In this document: positions 55,756-62,931 of the stretch, piece after piece | Numbering within the stretch: position 1 is the stretch's first letter | Layout: every line of letters starts with the position of its first letter | NCBI GenBank assembly: GCA_026418015.1 | Contig: JAOACE010000017.1 | Span: forward strand, 7,514-71,513 | Length of the DNA: 64,000 nucleotides | DNA from: Leptospiraceae bacterium | GTDB taxonomy: Bacteria; Spirochaetota; Leptospiria; Leptospirales; Leptonemataceae | Reading direction: 5' to 3' | Position numbers and translations under genes: made by a program | The notes under the pieces: model-generated | Told to the model about the DNA's origin: nothing | The model's input: only the letters and a program-made list of their open reading frames with translations | Database searches by the model: none

Positions 55756-56721
55756 ATGTCGATTGGCGAATTAAAATTAAATTTCTTATTCGATGAAATC
55801 GACGATTCTAATTTGACCTATAAAAAAAAGGTTTTTCTAAAAACTCTCAAAGGTGATAAACTCCTGTATAAACGTTATACTGGTTCTCCCCTTCGTTATG
55901 CTGGTGGTAAAAGCTGGGCTGTTGGTTATATTATAGAAAATTTACCAAACAATATTAAACGTATTGTTTCTCCTTTCATAGGTGGTGCTTCTTTCGAAGT
56001 TGCTGTTGCAAAAGAATTAGATATTTCTGTATTAGGCTTTGATATTTTTGATATATTAGTAAACTATTGGCAAATACAAATTAAAGAACCAGAAAATCTA
56101 TATTTAGAGTTAAAGCAACTTAAGCCAAATCACGAAACATATTATCAAATCAAAGATATTTTAAAAAAGCATTGGAAAAAAGAAATAAAATTGGAACCAC
56201 TAAAACTTGCAACATATTACTTCTTCAATCATAATCTTTCTTATGGACCTGGTTTTTTAGGTTGGCTCTCCTCTGTTTACGCAAAAGAAAATGTATATAA
56301 AAAAATGATTGAAAGAGTTAGAAACTTTAAAGTGGATAAATTGTGGGTAGAGCATGCTGATTTTATTGATGTAATAGAACAATACAAAAATGATTTCTTA
56401 TATTGCGATCCTCCATATTACTTAGGAAATGATAGTACATTGTTCAAAGGGATCTATCCACAAAGGAATTTTCCTATACATCATAATGGATTTCCCCACG
56501 AAAAATTAAGAGATATGCTTTATAATCATAGAGGTGGTTTTATTTTATCATATAATAATAGTCCTGTAATAAGAGAATGGTATAAAGATTTTAATATAAT
56601 AGAATTACCTGTACATTATACAATGGGGCAAGGAGAGACAAGAATTGGAGAAAATAGAAAGAAAAAAAATATGGATCATGTAAAAAAAACAGTCGAGTTA
56701 TTGATAGTAAAAGAAATTTGA
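55756..56721 (+). CDS. Dam-class (alpha group, D12) N6-adenine DNA methyltransferase
   Basis: LRYAGGKSW (the Dam-family N-terminal motif), the SAM motif SPFIGGASF, and catalytic FLYCDPPYY. Confidence 0.85.
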   Translation: MSIGELKLNFLFDEIDDSNLTYKKKVFLKTLKGDKLLYKRYTGSPLRYAGGKSWAVGYIIENLPNNIKRIVSPFIGGASFEVAVAKELDISVLGFDIFDILVNYWQIQIKEPENLYLELKQLKPNHETYYQIKDILKKHWKKEIKLEPLKLATYYFFNHNLSYGPGFLGWLSSVYAKENVYKKMIERVRNFKVDKLWVEHADFIDVIEQYKNDFLYCDPPYYLGNDSTLFKGIYPQRNFPIHHNGFPHEKLRDMLYNHRGGFILSYNNSPVIREWYKDFNIIELPVHYTMGQGETRIGENRKKKNMDHVKKTVELLIVKEI

Positions 56722-56731
56722 TAAAATAAAA

Positions 56732-57538
56732 ATGTCAAGAAAACGTGCAATGAGTTCTGGTCGTGCCAGATATGTTAGACAATTAGGGCACGAAGATGCC
56801 AAAGATTTTGCAATACGTTTAGGAATAGGTCAAGAATTTAATAGTGATCCACAAGCAAAAAAAGATATTATAGATCAAAACGGTTTTAGTTATTCAGTAA
56901 AAAGTGGTCAAAAAAAATGGCAAATTTTTTTATATAGTAGAAATAGATTTAAAGATAATACCGAATTTAAAGCAACAAAATTTAGTGATTTGTTTTTAAG
57001 ATGTATAGATGCGTTCCCACCTACTTTTGAAGAATACAAAAATAATAAAAAAGAAAGTAAACTAAAACTTCAAAAACCTATTCGTGAAATTAGCGAAAAA
57101 CTTCAGGACAAGGATATGTTAGAATTTTTCTTATCTAAAGCGATGTTTAATAATAATGAAGTTGATTTTTTAGTCGTAAAAGATAACAATAATTTTTATA
57201 TTTTCGATAATAAAGATGTTGTGGAAACATTCGTAAACAATTTTAGTGTAACTACATCAAAAGCAAGAAGAATAGGAGAATATGACGATCAAAAAGTAGT
57301 TTTTAAATGTTTTAATGTTACTATAGGAGAAATTGAGATGAGAACTGATAGTAAAGTTCATTACAAAGAAGTAAAGTTCTGGTTAAATAAACCTTTGACC
57401 TTAAAGCTTTTAATGGAAAATATACCATTGTTAGAAAAAAACGACACAAAAAAAATATACCTATATGTAAAATTAGAGGAAAAAGATGTTCGAAAAAAGC
57501 GACGCATAGAGGCATTAAGACATCAGCTAAAAAAATAA
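56732..57538 (+). CDS. Putative restriction endonuclease partner of the Dam-class methyltransferase (family not recognised)
   Basis: It starts 10 nt after the methyltransferase stop on the same strand. The only nuclease-like feature seen is a possible PD-(D/E)xK-variant E..KKDIID-x8-SVK (GHED..KKDIIDQNGFSYSVKSG). The functional call rests on context. Confidence 0.35.
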   Translation: MSRKRAMSSGRARYVRQLGHEDAKDFAIRLGIGQEFNSDPQAKKDIIDQNGFSYSVKSGQKKWQIFLYSRNRFKDNTEFKATKFSDLFLRCIDAFPPTFEEYKNNKKESKLKLQKPIREISEKLQDKDMLEFFLSKAMFNNNEVDFLVVKDNNNFYIFDNKDVVETFVNNFSVTTSKARRIGEYDDQKVVFKCFNVTIGEIEMRTDSKVHYKEVKFWLNKPLTLKLLMENIPLLEKNDTKKIYLYVKLEEKDVRKKRRIEALRHQLKK

Positions 57539-57769
57539 TTTTTTCTAGTTCGTTGATATAATCACATTTTATTTTAACATCATTGAGACAATAAATACTA
57601 GTAATATCTTTAAAAGAATTCTTATTTTTTAAACTAATTCTATTTTATTTAGAATCTTAGCGAATAGCTTAAATTTGTTATTGTATAAATTATAAACATA
57701 CTTTAAGTAATGTAACCTAACCTTAAAAAAATTAGAATATAAATGTAGTATAAGTATAAGGATGAAAAT

Positions 57770-58402
57770 ATGAAAACACAAAAAACCTGCTACTTGCTTG
57801 GATGGTCAAGTATCATATTGTCTACAACCGCATCTTTTTGCTGTATTGCTCCTGTATTGGCATTCATTGCTGGAGTCAGCTGAATTGCTTCTGTCTTTTC
57901 ATGGCTTCACCCCGTACGGCCTTATTTGATAGTTATAACTGTTCTAGTGCTTGGGCTTGCATGGTACAAAAAACTCAAACCCAAAAAAGCAGAAATTGAA
58001 TGCGCCTGTGAGACAGATGAAAAGCCATCGTTCTTACAAACAAGAGCATATCTTGGAATTGTTACCGTGTTTTCTGCACTGATGATTACTTTTCCTTATT
58101 ACTCTCACATCTTTTATCCGAAAACAAAATCAGAAGTAGTTGTAGTGGAACAAAACAATCTCGTGCAGGCAAATTTTGATATTAAAGGAATGACATGCAA
58201 TAGTTGCGAAGAAAATGTTAAACGCGCTGTATCACAACTACTGGGATCTATCTTAGTAGAAGCAGACCACAAAACAGGCAAAGCCATGGTGAAGTTTGAC
58301 AAATCAAAAACATCTCTTGAATAAATTGTTGCAGCAATTAATGAAGCTGGATATAAAGTATCAAATTATAAAGTATTAAATCAAGAAGAAATAAAAAAAT
58401 AA
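57770..58402 (+). pseudogene. merTP: merTP (fused mercuric transport protein MerT-MerP type) inactivated by two in-frame stop codons
   Basis: One frame reads MKTQKTCYLLGWSSIILSTTASFCCIAPVLAFIAGVS-TGA(57881)-IASVFSWLHPVRPYLIVITVLVLGLAWYKKLKPKKAEIECACETDEKPSF..GMTCNSCEENVKRAV..KFDKSKTSLE-TAA(58322)-IVAAINEAGYKV..-TAA(58400). Both the CC(I)AP and HMA GMTCxxC motifs are present. The region is visibly more G+C-rich than its flanks. Confidence 0.8.
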
Positions 58403-58426
58403 AACTATAATAATTAGGAGAAAACT

Positions 58427-59869
58427 ATGAAAATTAGAACGAATGTTTCGTTTAATAAGAAGTATGATTATGATATTATTATCATTGGTGGTGGTTCTGC
58501 TGCATTTTCTTCCGCGATAAAGGCTAATGAGTTGGGATTTACAAATGCAATTGTTAATGATGGTTTACCTATTGGTGGAACTTGTGTAAATGTGGGCTGC
58601 ATTCCTTCCAAATATTTAATACGATTGGCAGAGTATATAGATAAAATCAATCATAGTCGGTATCCTTTTCTATTCGAAGAAAAACCTAAGGATATAAAGC
58701 CTAAGTTTGGGCAAATCATAAAGCAAAAAAAAGAATTTATTTCTTATATAAGAAAAATAAAGTACGAAGATATTATAAAAAATCTTAATAAAACTACTTT
58801 AATAAAAGGATATGCCAAATTTTTGGATAAGAATACAATTTTAGTAAATGATCATCAAATTACAGCAAAAAATATTATCATCGCAACAGGTTCAAGTCCA
58901 AGTATTCCTTCTATAAAAGGATTAGAAAATGTTTTGTATTATACCAACAATACATTGTTTGAATTAGAACAATTACCTGAACATCTTATTATATTAGGTG
59001 GTGGATATATTGGATTAGAAATTGCACAAGCATATAGACGTTTTGGAAGCGAAGTGACTTTGATTGAATCCTTAAAAAGAGTATTGTTTAATCAATCCGA
59101 AGATATATCCAACACGATTACCCAATTTTTAGAAGAAGAAGGTATTCGCATTTATACCAGTACAACTATAAGCGAAGTCCTTCAAGATGGAAAAAATATT
59201 ATACTAAAAGGTTCGAATTTAGAAGTATCTGGAACACATCTACTTATAGCAACAGGAAGAAAACCTAATACAAATCAACTCCATTTAGAACAGATCAACC
59301 TTAAAACTTTATCGTCAGGACATATTATAGTGAATGATTACTTACAAACCAATCTATCCAACATCTATGCAGTGGGAGATTGCAATCAATTACCTGCATT
59401 TGTCTATACCGCAGCTTACGAAGGAAATATTGCTGTTCATAACATAAATGCATGTTGTGAAAATGAGTTGCAAAAAATCCAATATGATTCTTTGCCATGG
59501 GTAATATTTACCGATCCTCAAATTGCTGGTTGTGGATACACAGAAAAAACTCTAATCGAAAAAAATATTGATTACGAAAAAACCATTTTACCAATAAATG
59601 AAATACCGCGATATGCTGTTTCTTTCGAAAAAAGAGGTTTTATTAAACTACTTAGAAACCCCAAGAATGATACTTTTTTAGGTGCCGAAATTATTGCACC
59701 TGATGCAGGAGAACTTATCATGCCCATTAGTATGGCAATTCAATACAACATCTCTGTAAGTGAATTTTCTAGTAATCTATTTCCTTATTTAACTGCAGCA
59801 GAAGGTTTAAAATTATCTTCGTTAACGTTTAAAAAAGATATATCTAAACTAAGTTGTTGTACCTTTTAG
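58427..59869 (+). CDS. merA: Mercuric reductase, core form without the NmerA domain
   Basis: FAD motif IIIIGGGSAAFS, redox-active GGTCVNVGCIPSK, the NAD(P)H motif ILGGGYIGLE, and the MerA-specific C-terminal vicinal cysteines (..KLSCCTF). AGGAG Shine-Dalgarno. Confidence 0.85.
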   Translation: MKIRTNVSFNKKYDYDIIIIGGGSAAFSSAIKANELGFTNAIVNDGLPIGGTCVNVGCIPSKYLIRLAEYIDKINHSRYPFLFEEKPKDIKPKFGQIIKQKKEFISYIRKIKYEDIIKNLNKTTLIKGYAKFLDKNTILVNDHQITAKNIIIATGSSPSIPSIKGLENVLYYTNNTLFELEQLPEHLIILGGGYIGLEIAQAYRRFGSEVTLIESLKRVLFNQSEDISNTITQFLEEEGIRIYTSTTISEVLQDGKNIILKGSNLEVSGTHLLIATGRKPNTNQLHLEQINLKTLSSGHIIVNDYLQTNLSNIYAVGDCNQLPAFVYTAAYEGNIAVHNINACCENELQKIQYDSLPWVIFTDPQIAGCGYTEKTLIEKNIDYEKTILPINEIPRYAVSFEKRGFIKLLRNPKNDTFLGAEIIAPDAGELIMPISMAIQYNISVSEFSSNLFPYLTAAEGLKLSSLTFKKDISKLSCCTF

Positions 59870-60309
59870 TTAGAAGTTTTTTGAACGCCCAATTTTTCTT
59901 TTAAAAGATCATCTAATTCGTCTGCCCACCATTCTAAGTCTGCAATACATGTTTTTACTTCTTCATAATCTATTCCTTGAATATCTCTTTCGTAAGTAGC
60001 GTAGATTTTATCTGTTTCTGGCATTATTGTTAATTTTACTCCTAAATTATGATCATTCAGCTCTAAAAGATATCGATAAACCTTTTCTCTTTCAGAAGAA
60101 GGAATATCTCCTAAATAAGAAAAAACACGTAGAAAACTTCTTATTCCATCAGATATTGGAACATCTTGTACAAAAACTTCTACCAATGCTGAACCACGAT
60201 ACCAATAGTAAGCATTTGATTTTTCGTTATATGTATCCTCTTTTGATAAACCGATTTCGTTTATGTACCGTTCTATCATGCGATACACATCATTTTTTGT
60301 CATCTTCAT
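59866..60309 (-). CDS. YbjN-domain (T3SS-chaperone-like) protein
   Basis: The size and pattern (AYYWYRGSALVEVFV.., LLELNDHNLGVKL.., acidic C-terminal helix) resemble YbjN/PF10722 proteins. It converges on merA with a 4-nt overlap. Confidence 0.45.
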   Translation of the reverse strand: MKMTKNDVYRMIERYINEIGLSKEDTYNEKSNAYYWYRGSALVEVFVQDVPISDGIRSFLRVFSYLGDIPSSEREKVYRYLLELNDHNLGVKLTIMPETDKIYATYERDIQGIDYEEVKTCIADLEWWADELDDLLKEKLGVQKTSN

Positions 60310-60501
60310 AATTAACTCCTATATTGAGATCTTATTTTTTTGTCAAGAAAGTCAAGTATAAAATATTGTATGAATAATTTTTATTCTATGAAAATATTTT
60401 TATACAATTATTATATTGCAGAATAACTAGATAATATGTATAGAATAAACAATCTCTGATTAATTTGTATTAAAAAAATATTATTATAAAAATTATATTA
60501 T

Positions 60502-61314
60502 TTATTTCCAAACTTGCCAAATTGCAATTATTAAGGGAAAAATGTACGAATAAATAAGATTTTTATCTTGGATTTCATTTAATTCAATTAAAGCCCATTC
60601 TTCGAGTAGAAAGATCATTTTAGAGGGAAGATAAAAGATAAAAAATAAAAAAGAAGCAGACACAAGGTTTACTAATGTTAATACCACATTCTTATCCAAA
60701 ATTCTACTATCTAGATAAGTAATAAAATCCCAGCTTACTGTAAAAGAAATTACAGAAAAAATAAAGATAAAAAAGTTTCCTAACCATTCTTTTAAATCAT
60801 CATTCTTAGATGTATCCAATGAGATATTTTTTCCCTTATTTTCTTCGATAGAGGAGGAGAAAAAAGTTAATATCAAAAAAAGTATGATCAATTCTTTTAT
60901 TATTACTAGTAAAATTGCAAACATAAAGAATACATCGTGTTCTGATTCTATGTTTTCTATGTTGATTCCCATTGATTCTAGTGTCCACATAAGTAATATA
61001 ATTCCTAACACTAGATGCAACATCCAACTAAATGTTGCAAATCCTCCCACTTTTACAATTTCTTTTTTTTCTATAAAATGCTTTAACAATCGCTTTTGAA
61101 CGTTTGGTAATTTTATAAAATATCCTAATACTTCTAGAATGCTTATACTAATAAATAATATTGCTAATAGATAATTCTTGTATAAATGGTTGTGTATTAA
61201 TTTAAGGTTTTGTAAAAGTGGTTGTTTTAAAAAGAGTTGATATATAACGAATAGTAAGTTAAAAATCAAACCTTGTTGATGGATTAGTAATTTGACGATT
61301 TTATTATTTATCAT
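60502..61314 (-). CDS. Hypothetical multi-pass membrane protein
   Basis: Six to seven hydrophobic segments. No recognisable family motif. Confidence 0.45.
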   Translation of the reverse strand: MINNKIVKLLIHQQGLIFNLLFVIYQLFLKQPLLQNLKLIHNHLYKNYLLAILFISISILEVLGYFIKLPNVQKRLLKHFIEKKEIVKVGGFATFSWMLHLVLGIILLMWTLESMGINIENIESEHDVFFMFAILLVIIKELIILFLILTFFSSSIEENKGKNISLDTSKNDDLKEWLGNFFIFIFSVISFTVSWDFITYLDSRILDKNVVLTLVNLVSASFLFFIFYLPSKMIFLLEEWALIELNEIQDKNLIYSYIFPLIIAIWQVWK

Positions 61315-61371
61315 ACTATGATAGTTTCTTTAATAAAATTAAAAGTCAAATTATTTTTATAAATTATATTT

Positions 61372-62880
61372 TTATGGGAGGTTTGTTAAATAGAATAATG
61401 TTATGCCACATGCAACGGAAACATTTAAAGAATCAATAGGCGTCTTCATTGGAATGGTTATTTTTTCGAAGTTTAAATTCTCTAAATCTTGTGGGATGCC
61501 TTTACCTTCTTCGCCTAAGATTAAACCAAAATTTTGAGGGATTTTTTTTAATGTTGTAATATCTTTTCCCGTTGTATCTAAAATAAAGATGGGTATTTTA
61601 ATTTTTTCTAAAAAATGAATTCGATCTTCGCTTTTTAAATCGAAAAAATTGCAGTAAAATACAGAACCAGCAGAGCTCTTAATGGATTTTAAAAGATAAG
61701 GATTACAACTTTCTTTTAACAATACGATATTTTTGATGCCAAACGCGTAGGCAGAACGAACACAAGCTCCTAAGTTCGATGGATCTTGCAATGGTAAGAT
61801 CAAAAAAGGTTGGTTTATATCTAATTCTTCTATTGGCAGAAGAGGAGGAATTTTAACCATCAAATAAGGTGGTTTGTATTGATTTAATTCTAATTGTTGT
61901 ATTAATTCTGAACTAATAAAATTATATTCTATATCGGGATTTTTTTCTTTTGTAGTTAAATAAAAGTTTTTTAAATCCTTTTCGTCTGTTTGTTTATTAA
62001 AAACTATTGCTACGATATTTTCTGGATAATGTTTTATGTAATCGCGAATAATTTTATCGCCTGCAACTAATGCTAAATTTTGTTTTTTGATTTCTTTGGA
62101 TTCTTCTAATTTTTTGATTTTCTTAAAAAATATATTTTGATCTGAATTTATACTCTTTATGTTTATATATTCTCTTAACTTAAAATAATATCGATTCACT
62201 GGCTCTAATAATGTTTCTTTGGAGATGTTTTTTTTAAATACTATCAGTTTTCTTTTGTCTTTTTCGTGAGTTTTTTTTATTTCTGGTAAAGTATAATCGT
62301 AATCTAGGACTAGTGAGAAAAACTTTGAATTCATTTCGCGTAATTCTTCTTCGCAATTGGGACCTTTAAGAAAGATTAGTAAACCATCTTTTTCTAATGA
62401 ATTTGTTGTTCTTATTGCAGTTTCTTTTATTCTTTCGAATGCTCGTGTTATAACGCCATTACAATTTAAATTATCTTTATATGTAAGGGTTTTATGGATA
62501 ACTTCTACATTCCTTAAGTTAAGAATATTTATCAATTCTTTTAAATAATCTACGCGGTTTTTTCTACTTTCTACAAGAATAAAATGATTTTCTGGGTTAA
62601 GAATTGCTAAGGGAATTCCCGGAAAACCACCGCCTGTTCCTAAATCCATCAATGGGTTAGGGATGGGGATATTTTGTTCTTCGAGTATTTTTTTGATGAT
62701 GATGGAATCGATAAAATGTTTTTTTATTATATCGTCTAGATCGTGAAGTCGTGTAAAATTGATTTCTAAGTTTTTTTTTGTTAGAAATTGATAAAATTCA
62801 TAAAAAAGCTTTTGTTGTTCTTTACTAAGAGGAATAGAAACCTTTTCGAGATAGCGATTAAATTCATTGAAAAAATCCAT
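61372..62880 (-). CDS. Fusion protein: RsmG (16S rRNA m7G methyltransferase) N-terminal domain + SpoU/TrmH-family RNA 2'-O-methyltransferase C-terminal domain
   Basis: RsmG part: KHFIDSI, MDLGTGGGFPGIPLAIL, ILVESRKNRVDYL, GVITRAF. SpoU part: LQDPSNLGACVRSAYAFG, LILGEEGKGIP, IPMKTPIDSLNVSVACGI. I chose ATG 62880 (MDFFNEF..) over the track start at 62925. Confidence 0.8.
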   Translation of the reverse strand: MDFFNEFNRYLEKVSIPLSKEQQKLFYEFYQFLTKKNLEINFTRLHDLDDIIKKHFIDSIIIKKILEEQNIPIPNPLMDLGTGGGFPGIPLAILNPENHFILVESRKNRVDYLKELINILNLRNVEVIHKTLTYKDNLNCNGVITRAFERIKETAIRTTNSLEKDGLLIFLKGPNCEEELREMNSKFFSLVLDYDYTLPEIKKTHEKDKRKLIVFKKNISKETLLEPVNRYYFKLREYINIKSINSDQNIFFKKIKKLEESKEIKKQNLALVAGDKIIRDYIKHYPENIVAIVFNKQTDEKDLKNFYLTTKEKNPDIEYNFISSELIQQLELNQYKPPYLMVKIPPLLPIEELDINQPFLILPLQDPSNLGACVRSAYAFGIKNIVLLKESCNPYLLKSIKSSAGSVFYCNFFDLKSEDRIHFLEKIKIPIFILDTTGKDITTLKKIPQNFGLILGEEGKGIPQDLENLNFEKITIPMKTPIDSLNVSVACGITLFYLTNLP

Positions 62881-62931
62881 TATAACAAAAAAAACTTTAC
62901 TTAATATAGGTTCAAGAACAATCAATCCTTA

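Noticed and set aside
55821-55828. An A8 homopolymer inside the methyltransferase gene, considered as a possible phase-variation tract (phasevarion).
   Set aside because: A7-A9 runs are ubiquitous in this AT-rich sequence, in housekeeping genes too. The tract is short compared with known slipped-strand switches.
57881-57883. The in-frame TGA in merTP falls at a conserved Gly position, which raised the idea of UGA-to-Gly recoding (genetic code 25) or programmed read-through.
   Set aside because: TGA clearly terminates well-supported genes in this window at conserved C-termini: argJ at 8527-8529, the YjbQ-family gene at 18003-18005, the DUF294 gene at 38862-38864 and ilvE at 55355-55357. The second interruption in merTP is TAA. 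A pseudogene is the simpler explanation.
60338-60365. The direct repeat GTCAAG-AAA-GTCAAG next to TATAAAAT, downstream of the YbjN-like gene's start region, considered as a promoter/operator.
   Set aside because: The spacing to any -35-like hexamer is wrong for a sigma70 promoter, and the repeat is short. There is insufficient support.
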